Shown piece after piece: positions 36,869 to 53,027 of a DNA stretch of 64,000 nt. Location: positions 30,366,229 to 30,430,228 of the forward strand of contig CM055977.1 in the NCBI GenBank assembly GCA_029531755.1, written 5' to 3'. Each line of letters opens with the position of its first letter. Within the stretch, counting starts at the first letter, position 1. This DNA is from Holothuria leucospilota (taxonomy: Eukaryota). The position numbers were made by a program, and so were the translations under genes. The notes under the pieces were generated by a model. The model was not told the DNA's origin. It saw nothing but the letters and a program-made list of their open reading frames with translations, and made no database searches.

Positions 36869-38440
36869 TGACACTTTGCTCATTAACACGATATCTCAAG
36901 AAGGGAAACTCTGACAGTTTTCAAACTTGGTACATAGATTCCCCATATTGAGAGGAAGAACCCTATTGTTTTTGGTGGGGGTCAAAGGTCACCTGGGGTC
37001 ACCGGGGGTCAAAACCTGAAAACCTTGTTAACACAATATCTCGAGATAGGAAGCTTAGATGAATTTCATACTTTGTATGTAGATGCGTTACGGTAAGAGG
37101 AAGAACCCTATCATTTTTGGTGGAGGTGAAAGGTCATCTGGGGTCACCGGGGGTCAAACCCTGAAAACTTCGTTAACACGTTATCTCAAGAAGGGAAGCT
37201 CTGACAGTTCTCAAACTTGGTACATAGATGCCCCATATTGAGAGGAAGAACCCTATTGTTTTTGGTGGAGGTCAAAGGTCACTTGGGGTCACCAGGGGTC
37301 AAACCCTGAAAACATTGTTAACACAATATCTTGAGGTAGGAAGCTTGGATGAATTTCATATCTAGTATGTAGATGCGTTATGGTAAGAGGAAGAACCCTA
37401 TCATTTTTGGTGGAGGTCAAAGGTCATCTGGGGTCCCCGGGGGTCAAACCCTGAAAACTGTTAACACGATATCTCAAGAAGGGAACCTCTGACAGTTCTC
37501 AAACTTGGTACATAGATGCCCCATATTGAGAGGAAGAACCCTATTGTTTTTGTTGGAGGTCAAAGGTCACCTGGGGTCACCAGGGGTCAAACCCTGAAAA
37601 CATTGTTAACACAATATCTTGAGGTAGGAAGCTTGGATGAATTTCATATATAGTATGTACATGCATTATGGTAAGAGGAAGAACCCTATCATTTTTGGTG
37701 GCGGTCAAAGGTCATCTGGGGTCACCGGGGGTCAAACTCTGAAAACCTTGTTAACATGATATCTCAAGAAAGGAAGCTCTGACAGTTCTCAAATGTAGTA
37801 CATGGATACCCCATATTGAGAGGAAGAACCATATTGTTTTTGGTGGAGGTCAAAGTTCACCTGGGGTCACCGGGGGTCAAACTCTGAAAACCTTGTTAAC
37901 ACGATATCTCAAGAAAGGAAGCTCTGACAGTTCTCAAACTTGGTACATGGATGCCCCATATTGAGGGGAAGAACCCTATTGTTTTTGGTGGAGGTCAAAG
38001 GTCACCTGGGGACACCTGGGGTCAAACCCTGAAAACATTGTTAACACAATATCTTGAGGTAGGAAGCTTGGGTGAATTTCATACTTTGTATGTAGATGCG
38101 TTATGGTGAGAGGAAGAGCCCTATCATTTTTGGTGGAGGTCAAAGGTCATCTGGGGTCACTGGGGGTCCAACTCTGAAAACCTTGTTAACACGATATCTC
38201 GAGGTAGGAAGCTTGGATTAATTTCATACCTTGTATTTAGATGCCTTATATTAAGAGGAAGAACTCTATCATTTTTGGTGGGGGTCAAAGGTCATCTGGG
38301 GTCACCAGGGGGTCAAACCCTGAGACAGAGCTGCCAACCAGCACGGATTTTTCCATATTCAGTACGGAAAATCATTGTAAATGTGGGAATACGGATTTTT
38401 CCTTGATAATCCGAATTTTGAATGAGTAAATAGGTCCTTT
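36766..38440 (+). mobile_element. Satellite-bearing composite element B: head, (TG)n, then about 10 monomers arranged as an alternating two-variant higher-order repeat
   Basis: Head 'ttggtttcgatgaaaagagaaacctatgcagtcatgatggcgtgtg', near-identical to the head of A. (TG)n at 36806-36878. Monomers alternate between a variant with 'ctctgacagttctcaaacttggtacatagatgcccc' and a variant with 'aggaagcttggatgaatttcatat.tagtatgtagatgc', so the period is about 300 bp. A distinct tail follows: 'gccaaccagcacggatttttccatattcagtacggaaaatc'. Confidence 0.75.
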
Positions 38441-39399
38441 CATGAACTTTGTTATTCTTTAGCCAACATATCAAAAGACTGAGAATAGACTACAGTATTT
38501 CACTTGTCTGTACAGTACTGTAGTATATTTATTTGAGCCCAGTAATCTATGCTGTTATGTTATTGGTTAAATTTTTGTCAACAAGTTGATGTTAAACCAA
38601 TCAGAAGATAGTTTGCAGCAGATCCATGACATCCATAAGCTACCGTATCATTGGTTGATCAGTTGTAAACAGATCCACTTTTAACCAATCAGAAACTGTG
38701 TTAAAAGCTAGTTTCTGAGTGCAGTGACAGACTATCACACATAGCCTGCCTGCCAAGGTCTGTTGAGCTGGCTGAGTAGCCCAACGTTAATGTTAGATTT
38801 GACTGTAACTGAATTGGAAAATTAGCACCATGAAATGGAATAAGCAAACTTACAGCAGGAATATCACAGTATGTTGTAATATGGCTCCTCTTCAGAGTAG
38901 CATGGTAGCAGAGTAGCATGGTAGCAGAGTAGCATGAGTAACTTTAGTGGAAAATTTACCAGGCAGATCAAGTTTTAACGTAGGCCTAGGCCTAACAGTT
39001 AGGGCCTAGGCCCTAGGCCTAAGTGTTGTTACAGAACCAACAACAAACATTAGCCTACACACACAATAACGTTAGACTCAGTACATAAATCTAATGCAGA
39101 GTTCCAGGTTTATGGGCTAGGCCTAGACAAAGTCCTAGTCCTGTGACTAAGTCCTAGCCTAACTGCCACAGTACGGGCTAGCCTAGGCCTAATTGTAGTA
39201 CAGTATGTATGGGCTGATAATAGAGGTAGGTTACTGTAATAGCTATGGCCTAGGCTAGGGCTAATCAAAGCAGTTATTGCCTGTCAAATGTTGGTACCCA
39301 TCATCTAAGTTTGTAGTATTTACAGAGAGATTTCTGTGACCAGCTGTGCATAGGCCTAGGCTAGGTTTATACTTATAGCTAGGCCTAGGCTAGACCTAG

Positions 39400-40244
39400 A
39401 CTAGTCCTTGAACAGGACCGTGTACTACGTTAACGGTGAACCTACTCCGTACCACGGTCCTTGTCCTGCCTACACAAAATTTCCGTTCATTAGCCGGTCT
39501 GCCAGCAGACCGGCATTCCTCACAGCTTAAAATATTCACCTATGATTACCATACTTTCCATGAACGTTCTTTGTCATTGCATCTATGCTTCTTGACCAGT
39601 TTTTCTTGGAATAGAGGGGAGCAAGAAGGTGAAATTTGGAGGTAAAAACTGACCTTAACACTAAGTCAGTTACAAGCTTTTAGAGTGCCGGTGCAGTCAC
39701 ATGACTGACTTCCCTGTAGAAACTTGTAACCAGGGTAGTATGCAGATGGATATAGTATGTCGTATAGATCATAGATGCACATTTTTCGACTTTGGAGAAA
39801 ATATTTGTATATTAGGAATGGATCTTCACCCCAAAACGGTAGATATTGACTTCAAAATCTGAAATCAAGAAAATGTAACAAAATTTAAGGAAATCCTGCA
39901 AATAATTTTAGGAAATTGGACATCAAAATGTGGAAGCGCTACCTTGGGCCATTCTGACAATATGGCTGCCGTTTATTGACGAATGTCGAAGCGAGTTTTG
40001 TGAGTTTTGGCCTTAGAACACACCTGTGAGCTGTGTGAATGCATATTTTTCTACAATATAATGGTAATAAACTGAGTTGCATGGTTTTAGAATCGGAGAA
40101 ATGACAGTTAGTTTAGGAACGATCAATTTCTGATAGATTTTCCTCTCAAACCTTAACTGCGGGGTTTTTTGTGTAGGCAGGACAAGGACTCTAGCGCGGA
40201 GTAAAACAAAGTGTACGTAGCATAGAGTCCTGTTCAAGGACTAG
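39400..40244. mobile_element. Non-autonomous DNA transposon or MITE (about 850 bp) with roughly 85-bp imperfect TIRs
   Basis: Left 'ctagtccttgaacaggaccgtgtactacgttaacggtgaacctactccgtaccacggtccttgtcctgcctacacaaaa' pairs with right 'ttttttgtgtaggcaggacaaggactctagcgcggagtaaaacaaagtgtacgtagcatagagtcctgttcaaggactag'. There are 17-bp and 22-bp perfect blocks ('ctagtccttgaacagga' and 'tccttgtcctgcctacacaaaa'). It sits in a CCTAGG-rich island. Confidence 0.65.
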
Positions 40245-40496
40245 ACCTAGACTAATGTTACTTAGGGCATTGCCAAGTATTTAGCATAGCCTCTAGGCTA
40301 TACTGTAACGTTAGGCCTTGGGAATACTTGGGATATTTTGCTTTTTGTCCTTTGGTGACCCGATGACTTTCTTGGGAAATTTTGCTTTTTGACCTCTCGT
40401 AACCCCAGATGACGATCTTGGGAATTTTTGGGAAATTTTGACCAGTGACTGAAAGATATGGGACATCATGGCATTATTTGGAATAGAACATATATC

Positions 40497-40575
40497 ATCG
40501 AAACCTCAATGCATTTTTGCATTCTGGTTGATTCCTTGCCGAAGGCAGGCAAGGAATCTATGTATTGGTGATGTC

Positions 40576-40606
<31 letters not shown>

Positions 40607-43090
40607 TGTGTGGGTGTGTGTGTGTGTGTATGTGACGCCTAGCTTGTAAACATGATATCTCGAGATAGCAATGACCAACACTTTTCATATTTAGTATATA
40701 GATTTGTCATGTTGAGAGGAAGAACCGTATTGTTTTTGGTGGAGGTCAAAGGTCATTTGAGGTCACCAGAGGTCAAAAACCGAAAACTTTGTAAACACGA
40801 TATCTCAAGGTAGCAATGACCGACACTTTTCATATTTGGTATACAGATTTGTCATGTCAAGAGAAAGAACCCTATTGTTTTTGGTAGAGGTCAAAGGTCA
40901 TCCGGGGTCACCGGAGGTTAATCTGCGAAAACCTCCTAAATGGCTTGTAAACACGATATCTCGAGATAGCAATGACCGACACTTTTCATATTTGGTATAT
41001 AGATTTGTCATGTCGAGAGGAAGAACCTTATTGTTTTTGATTGAGGTCAAAGGTCATCTGAGGTCACCAGAGGCTTAACTGCGAAAAACCTCGTAAACAC
41101 GATATCTCAAGTTAGCAATGACGGACACTTTTCATGTTTGGTATACAGATTTGTCATGTCAAGAGGAAGAACCCTATTGTTTTTGGTAGAGGTCAAAGGT
41201 CACCCGGGGTCACCAGAGGTTAATCTGCGAAAACCTCATAAACGGCTTGTAAACACGATATCTCAAGATAGCAATGACCGACACTTTTCATGTTTGGTAT
41301 ATAGATTCATCATGTTGAGAGGAAGAAGCCTATTGTTTTTGGTAGAGGTCAAAGGTCATCTTAGGTCACCAGAGGTTAAACGGCGAAAAACCTCGTAAAC
41401 ACGATATCTCAAGATTGCAAAGGCCGACACTTTTCATATTTGGTATACAAATTTGTCATGTCAAGGGGAAGAAGCCTATTGTTTTTGGTAGAGGTCAAAG
41501 GTCATCCGAAGTCAACAGAGGTTAATCTGCGAAAATCTTGTAAACGGCTTGTAAACACGATATCTCAAGATAGCAATGACCGACACTTTTCATGTTTGGT
41601 ATATAGATTCATCATGTTGAGAGGAAGAAGCCTATTGTTTTTGGTAGAGGTCAAAGGTCATCTTAGGTCACCAGAGGTTAAACGGCGAAAACCTCGTAAA
41701 CACGATATCTCAAGGTAGCAAAGGCCGACACTTTTCATATTTGGTATACAGATTTTGCATGTCAAGAGGAAGAACCCTATTGTTTTTGGTAGAGGTTAAA
41801 GGTCATTTGAGGCCACCGCAGGTTAAAAGCTGAAAAGGCTCGTAATCAAGCAATCTCAAGACAGGAATGACCGACACTTTTCATATGTGGTATATAGATT
41901 CATCATGTTGAGAAGAAGAACCCTAAAATTTTTGGTGAAGGTCAGAGGTCATTTGAGGTCACCTTAGGTAAAAGGCCAAAAAGCTCGTAATCACTATATC
42001 TCAAGATAGGAGTGACCAACACTTTTCATATTTGGTATATAGATATGTCATGTTGAGAGAAAGAACCCTATTGTTTTTGGTGGAGGTCAAAGGTCATTTG
42101 AGGTCACCAGAGGTCAAAGACCGAAAACCTTGAAATTGGGATATGTCAAGATAGGAATGGCGGATATAGATTTGTCATGTTGAGAGGAAGAATGCTATTG
42201 TTTTTGGTAGAGGTCAAAGGTCATCTGAGGTCACCAGAGGTTGAACTACAGAAACCTTGTAAATGGCTTGTAATCATGATATCCCAAGATAGCAAGGACA
42301 GCCACTTTTCATATTTGGTATATAAATTTGCCATGTTGAGAGGAAAAACCCTATCAATTTTAGTGGAGGTCAAGGTTATCTGGGGTTACCAGAGGTCAAA
42401 AAACAAAATTTCCCAAGAATTCCCAAGATTGTCATCTGGGGTCACTGGGATCAAAAGCAACATTTCCCAAGAATTCTCAAGATTGTCATCCGGGGTCACT
42501 ATAGGTTAAAAAGCAAAGTTTCCCAAGAATTCCCAAGATCATCATATGGGGTCATCAGAGGTCAAAAAGCAAAATATCGCAAGTATTACCAAGATTGTCC
42601 TCTGGTTTTACCAGACGTCAGAAGCAAAATTTCCCAAGAATTCCCGAGATCGTTATCTGGGGTTATCAGAGGTCAAAAAGCAAAATTTCCCAAAAATTCC
42701 CAAGATCGTAATCTGAGGTCACCAAGGGTCAAAAAGCAAAATTTCCCAAGAATTTCCAAGATTGTTATATGGGGTCACCAGAGGTCAAAAAGCAAAATTT
42801 CACAAGAATTCCCAAGATAGTGATCAGGGGTCACCAGAGGACAAAAAACAAAATTTCCCAAGAATTTTCAAGATCCAAGATCCATTGGAGTTGAATTCCT
42901 TTCAGGACACTTTCGTTTTTCTTTTTTGTTATATTTGGTGGGGTTCAAAGTTCATGTGAGGTCAGCAGAGGTGAAATTGTTAAAATATCGTAAAATGATG
43001 TAGTCAAGGTAGATAAATTTGAGGGATAAACCTCAGTACAACAAAGCATCCCCATTCGGCAAGGAATCACTAAGCCCTTAGGCTTTCTGG
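40497..43090 (+). mobile_element. Satellite-bearing composite element C, bounded by 'gattccttgccgaa' inverted repeats; a diverged 150-bp monomer array plus a 57-bp subrepeat array
   Basis: Left end 'atcatcgaaacctcaatgcatttttgcattctggttgattccttgccgaagg'. (TG)n at 40573-40640. About 11 monomers from 40690 to 42400 of 'gaggaagaacc.tattgtttttggtagaggtcaaaggtcat...gtaaacacgatatctcaag.tagcaatgaccgacacttttcat.tttggtata.agatt.gtcatgt'. Then about nine 57-bp units '(ggggtcaccagaggtcaaaaagcaaaatttcccaagaattcccaagat.gt.atct)' from 42400 to 42900. Right end 'cattcggcaaggaatcactaagcccttaggctttctggtt'. Left 'ctggttgattccttgccgaagg' is the inverse of right 'ccattcggcaaggaatcact'. Confidence 0.75.
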
Positions 43091-43323
43091 TTCTTTCTTC
43101 CAACCTTGAAATGTCAAAAACACTATGAACTTGGGTTAATTGGGGTTGCCAAGAGTGATATGTTTTGAAGGGGATGGGGGGGATGTAGTAAGCATTATGT
43201 AAAAGACAATTTTCTTTTTTGTTTTTCTTATTAAAGCAGACTCCTAAGTAAGAGAATATTCTATACGGATACTTAGATATTATGACAAGAGGAACAATAG
43301 CTCTTTTCCTGTATATCCTACAG

Positions 43324-43380
43324 CCTAGAAATAAAACCAGAGTTGTTCGGTACAGATGTCCCCACAACACTGCTGTTCAG
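43324..43380 (+). CDS. MVP: MVP exon (PRNKTRVVRYRCPHNTAVQ)
   Basis: Acceptor 'atcctacag' and donor 'gtcagt'. Near-identical to MVP PRNKTRVVSYRVPHNAAVQ. Follows a 6.9-kb intron full of tandem arrays. Confidence 0.9.
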
Positions 43381-44034
43381 GTCAGTCATTCTAAAGCATT
43401 ATATTCATTGCATCATATTTTGTCCATTTTTGATGGGTTTTTTTTCATGAAAAACCTGGATATGTTATTTTGAAAATGTAAATTCCATTCTGAGAAAGCC
43501 CTGAAGTTTTCCAGAAGTCCAAATTTCATGGAAAGTTAAGTTAAAGGAGATGTTATTTAGGAAAACTTCCTGTCCATCTGACCTTAGTTTATGCTGGCAA
43601 GCTATGACAGAATTAACATTCTGACAGTGGAATAACTTAAATTTTATTAGACATTTTGTAAAGTTGAAAGTCATGTAATTTTACCACCATATCCGTGGAA
43701 ATCCATGTTAAAGTTGTGAATTTTTCCCGCAGGAAATGTGCAGGTGTCCAGTTTCAACAGAGAATAGTGTGGCGATTTTTAGTGATAACACTCTCAGTTG
43801 GAATGCCTTAAGAGTATAAAACACATTGGGACAAGTTTTTCAAAGTAAACCAAGCTAGTTTAGGTGCTTTCCAAGAAGAGATTTTAATGGGCACATTCTT
43901 ATATGAAAGATGTAATGATTGAGATGTACCAAATTCATTTCCAGTTTTGTTTGGGTCCTTTAAGTCTGACATTTGGAAACAGTTATTTCACAAATGTTCA
44001 GCACAACAGATTTGATCTTTAAATTTATCTACAG

Positions 44035-44131
44035 GTTTACAAGTACCAGGAGCAGGTGGGCCGTGTCATCTTTGGACCTGATATGGCCATCTTGGGCCCT
44101 CATGAAGATTTTAATGTTCTCAGTCTGAGTG
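44035..44131 (+). CDS. MVP: MVP exon (VYKYQEQVGRVIFGPDMAILGPHEDFNVLSLS)
   Basis: Acceptor 'ttatctacag' and donor 'gtgaga'. Matches MVP [32 protein letters not shown]. Confidence 0.9.
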
Positions 44132-44518
44132 GTGAGATAGTTAAGATTTTATTATCTTTTTAAATGTTCATTTTTACAGCTCTTTTTTTTTTAATCTAGA
44201 CTGGGGCATGTGTAAATTGTGTGGAAGGTGGGGGACAGTGAAGGGTTGGGAGGAGTGTGGGGAGGTTGACAGCACAAGTCCTGGAAAGACTTGTGTCATT
44301 TCCATGTAATAGCAAAAGTTTCAAGGTTTTTACCCATTAAATGAGAGCTTTTGAGTTGTGATTGTGCTTAAAATGTCAAAGTCATTTTCTTTTAGCAAAG
44401 TGTCAGTAGCCTAGTTGGTCATGATCAAGGAGTTTAGATTGAAAAAAAGCTTTCATCATTTTACACAGATAAAACAGTTTTTGTGAACTTGCATTTTTTC
44501 TTTGAAATTTTTCTTAAG

Positions 44519-44598
44519 CTGGGAAACCAAAGGTTGAGAATGCCCTCCAAACGATTTGTCTGATGTTGGGTCCTGATTACATCACAGATATTTTAGAG
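44519..44598 (+). CDS. MVP: MVP exon (AGKPKVENALQTICLMLGPDYITDILE)
   Basis: Acceptor 'tttcttaag' and donor 'gtaggt'. Matches MVP [29 protein letters not shown]. Confidence 0.88.
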
Positions 44599-45550
44599 GT
44601 AGGTTCCTGAAGGTGCTTATCTTCTGTGCACTTTTTTTATTATTTTAAAGGTGGGAGGGTTTATAAGGGCATTTGGGTCAAAGGTCACATAGCACCCACA
44701 GTGGTGATAGAAAAAAATAAGATGAAGGCATATTGCAGTGTAAGGAAATCTGTGGGAGCTGTGAAGTACTTTCATAGTAAAGGTTTGTGTCCTTCTGCTC
44801 CATTGTTACTAGGAAGTGACATCGCCAAGATGGCACCCCACTGATAGAACTACTATTTGACTTACCCACTAAGTTTGCTTCATTGCAAGGACCCCAGGGC
44901 TGCCTTGCTCAAGTTCACAGTATGCAACAAAACCACATAAAAGCTAAGGAGGTGGTTTATGATGGCATTTAAGCAAGAACAGAACAAAGTTCAGCTCTTT
45001 ACACCTTCCCTTAGGGTTGATCATCATATAGCAAAACATTACACTTTAGTCATGAAATCTTGTAATGATCTAAATGGTTCACCGATCCTCCCCAGTTTCA
45101 CCATGCATGAACTTCTGTGTATGCTCTTTCACATTCACCCAACTTCAAGACAGTAAACTTGTACTTCAGAAGTCTTTCAAAAATTTTAGACAAACATTTA
45201 GCTAGCATGTTGTGATACCTCAAGCCTATACCTGTATGGGATAGATTGAGTAGATGATGTTAGCTAGATACTGGATATACTTATTGCAGTCGGGGGGGAG
45301 GCATAAGTGTACGAAACTAGTAAGAATGAACACCTGGATATCTCTTCTATATGGAAACCTTACGTTAAATAGCCCAAATTAAGCTTGTGCAAATCCAATA
45401 CAAAATGGAGTGAATATGGGTCACATGTATGTTAAATTTATTGTCTTTTCCATCCCATAATGCATTGCACTAGCATTGGCCATAAAGTTTACTCTATAGT
45501 TTACTACCATTTTCTGATCGTGTTTCATCTTGTCTTCATCTTTATCCAAG

Positions 45551-45610
45551 GTTGAAACTGCTGACCATGCCAGGTTGAGAATCAAGCTTGCATTCAACAA
45601 CTTTTTTGAG
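45551..45610 (+). CDS. MVP: MVP exon (VETADHARLRIKLAFNNFFE)
   Basis: Acceptor 'tttatccaag' and donor 'gtgaga'. Matches MVP ETADHARLQLQLAYNWHFE. Confidence 0.9.
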
Positions 45611-45956
45611 GTGAGAAAGAGTTCTTTTGGTCCAAATTCTTTGATTGTTTGGAGAAATGCTTGGGGATTCTGGCCTTCTGATTGGCAGTTCTATTTAATT
45701 ATCTTGACTGGCCTAATTCATATGTCTACAGGAACATGTCCATCTTAAAGCCCATGAAGACTTTGAAAAAAAAAATGTTTTGTTTGTGAAGTTTTAGTCT
45801 CTAGAGATAGACCAATCTGAAGGTTGGCAAGTGTGAAAATTGTTGTGTTAAGTGGATTAGTTCGAAATGTGACAATCAAATGCATGTCAGTTTCTTTGTG
45901 TATTTATTTCCTTTCTTTGGTAGAAACATTGAAAAAAGTGAAACTTTTTCTTACAG

Positions 45957-46035
45957 CTTGAAAGGGGAAAGAAAGAAGAGGAGGACTCCATCTTTTCTGT
46001 CCCAGATTTTATTGGGTTTGCCTGTCGTGAAGTTG
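45957..46035 (+). CDS. MVP: MVP exon (LERGKKEEEDSIFSVPDFIGFACREV)
   Basis: Acceptor 'tttcttacag' and donor 'gtgaga'. Matches MVP [27 protein letters not shown]. Confidence 0.85.
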
Positions 46036-47748
46036 GTGAGATGTCGTCGTTTGTGTTTAAGTGTTTCTCTACGACTTATAATTTGGGGCTGCAAATTTGA
46101 TGTGGTCCTGAATGTTAGCTTAGGTTTCACCAGTAATGCTAATGTTTTCAAAGTTGGTCTGACTAGGAAACTGTTTCAGATGGAGTTCAAGCACATCTCC
46201 CTCCTTTGACTTTATGTGGTTTGCTGGCAGTAAGCTCCAGATCGTCTCACTCTCAAAAATTCTGTACCACTTAAACACGAGTAAGAAGTGATGACAATGG
46301 TTCTTGTTGTCTGCTAGATCTCAAACAGGTCTTGGGATGTTTTCACCCATTGCTGTTATATTGCCAGTTGCCAAGGAAAACAAAATTATTTCATTTCTTT
46401 AGACTAGTTCTCACTTTAAGGGTTCAAATAACTTATTGATAATGGATGCATGTTCCCCCATTTGAAGAGCAATCCAAAACCTTTTCAAAATTTCATAGAC
46501 AAAAAGTTTGACTTACCTGCTTTACCCAAAAGAGATGTTACGAATTCTTGGAAAAAATTAGAATAATACAGTACCCAAAAGAGATGTTACCAAATTATGG
46601 AAAAAAATTAGAATAACAAAGGAACTGGACCACCTAAGAGTACATTTACAGTTGTTTTAACTAGAAAGGTGAGGAAATTTGGTTTCACCCTTGTCGGTGG
46701 AGCAGATCACTCCAATAAGTTATCGTGGTCAAATCTTTGTTTGAGGATAACATCAGTATGAAAGGATAAAACTCCCATTGGAAAAGTTAAGTCGAACAAA
46801 TTTAGAAGAGGAACTCCAGGATCCATGAATTAAAGTATCTCTTGATTAAAAGGATAAAAGTGTTCTCAAGTGCATATTGTGTGACAGATGTAAGTTTTAT
46901 TAGGTGCTTAAATTCCATTTGTAACAGTTCCCTGGTCTGACTGTATGCTCCCTGCAGTAAGTTTAAATTCACATCCAGGGGGAAGGTGTCTCATGATGCT
47001 AAAAGTATGCATTGACAACACACAGCTGGATGCACTTTTTCACGCATCCCTCCAAGATATTTTGAATCCCTAGATGTGTGGCTTATTTGGCTTTAAAGGT
47101 ATGTGGACATGTAACCAAAGCAGTTTTTTTACTCATCAGTATTAGATTAAGATCCCCTGATGAAAAATCTGTTGGAATTATTTGAATATCTTTAACTGTT
47201 CTCAAGATATACATCTTCAAAGTTTGACCATTTCTGAGATTGTGGAGTGTTGCACAGTGTCTGCATTTCTTTAGTTAATCCTTTACAAGTATCCATTAAT
47301 TACTTACAAGCTAGTGTCTAGTTTGGAGTTTCACGTGGACATTTTCTATAAAGAGGAAAATGGCTACTTCCAAAATAAACCCCTCAGGGCATGCCATCAT
47401 TACAGCCAGCTGTCCTTGGAATAATATGAAATAATGTATACCCTTTTGAAATTTATCAAAAGAAAATTTTTGCAGAAAAATCGTTTGTCACATTTTGCCA
47501 AAATACACTTTTTGGGGAAATGGTCTTAAGACAGATTAAGTTTTGCACTGTTATGCAAAATATGAACAGAATGGATTACCTCTTAACCATAGCTCTGCTA
47601 AAGCAGGCGCAGATCCAGACATTTCGAAAAGGGGGGCTGAAAGCCCCCTTGAATATTCTCCTAGATTAATATTATGCTAATTTTTGCATATTTATTATTG
47701 TTGATGTGGCGAAAAAGGGGGGGGGCTTAGCCTGGGAAAGCCCCCTCT

Positions 47749-51795
<4,047 letters not shown>

Positions 51796-51843
51796 TCTTT
51801 GGTCCACGCCTGTAAAGGTCTATGTTTTTACTTCTGATGTAGG

Positions 51844-52073
51844 TTAGTTAGATGAGGTTTAACAGCCCAGTGTCCAACCAAATGGTTCACGTCGGCCTTT
51901 TTTCCAGTTGTGGCTCACTGGCTTGTTTTCCCTTACTCCATTGCTTATGTGGAGCATCACACACAATGGCAGAAGGTTCCATTTTTGAAGTCTTTGGTAT
52001 GACTCGACCTGGGAATCGAACCCAGGACTCCCGCGTGAGAGGCGGATCCTGTACCACTAGACCAAACATGCGC
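51844..52073 (-). mobile_element. tRNA-derived SINE, copy 2 (minus strand), with 11-bp TSD
   Basis: The reverse complement has a tRNA-like head 'ggtctagtggtacaggatccgcctctcacgcgggagtcctgggttcgattcccaggtcgagtca' followed by the same body as copy 1 ('taccaaagacttcaaaaatggaacc...ggaaaacaagccagtgagccacaactggaaaaaaggc...ttaaacctcatctaac'). Direct repeat 'tctgatgtagg' at 51833-51843 and 52074-52084. Confidence 0.8.
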
Positions 52074-53027
52074 TCTGATGTAGGAGGCTCAGTGAATGTG
52101 TGTGTGTAACTGTAATGCTCTTCAAAAACTTATGGTGTCATTGAAATTCAGAAATCAATATACAAGTACCCCAAATGAGATTTGGATCAGTAATGGTTTG
52201 GATATCACTGTTTATCATGCATATTAGTGGGGACAGGCTTAATGTAAAACATGCAAAAAGCATTTTCTGTGCTGTGGTTAGTATGCCTGATCTGTGCTTT
52301 GCTATTTGCATAAATACAGTTAAGTACAACTGTGTACATTAAATATCCACCATATGCAGGAGGCCAGTCATCGGCAAGGAATAGATTGGGGTGGGGTCAG
52401 TTTGAAATAAATTTCAGGTATTGTGCTTATTGTGGGATATCTCAAAAGACTTAAGGCCCTGTGAGACTCTTTAGACTGTTTGTTGATTACTGGATGAATG
52501 TGTTTTGTGATGGTTGTTCAGAGAAATTTGTAATACCTGGGTGTGTTTGAAATTATTATTAGTGATTACTGAATTGACATGTGTAGATCATTGAATTCAA
52601 GATGTACAGTAGTGTAGCCTCCATTTATACACAGTTGTATATTCAGGAGAATATGGCCTAGGGTTATTAACTACCTAAAGGCCTAGGTCTTTGTCTGGGG
52701 TTGTCAGATACTGTTACTTTTTAAATTGGGGTAAATAGGGGGAAGGGAGACAAGGTTAGAAGTAAATTTAGTTTGGAGGATGTATACTTTCTGGGATGTG
52801 GAGATTGGGCGTTCATTGTGTGAAACACATCATTACCTCCAATGATACTCATATTTGTTGTAAACTGGAATTTCTTTTTCTTTCACCAACTTCTTGGTTT
52901 TATATTCATATAAATTGAAGTGTTGCTATTATAACCAGTGGAGAAAAATAGACAATAATTGTTTTGGGAATTATTACATCTTAAAATAGCAATTTTTGCT
53001 TTTGAAATGCTTTCTTATTATTTTCAG

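Noticed and set aside
32430-42400. Regularly spaced direct repeats that could superficially resemble a CRISPR array
   Set aside because: This is a eukaryotic locus. The repeats are about 150 bp (not 24-48 bp), adjacent units are homologous along their whole length with no unique spacers, and the arrays sit inside spliceosomal introns. They are satellite DNA.
40836-42509. Four + strand ORFs repeating 'MVYRFVMSRGRTLLFLVEVKGHPGSPEV...'
   Set aside because: They are conceptual translations of the diverged 150-bp satellite monomers in element C. The periodicity equals the monomer length, and the recurring peptide is simply the translated repeat unit.
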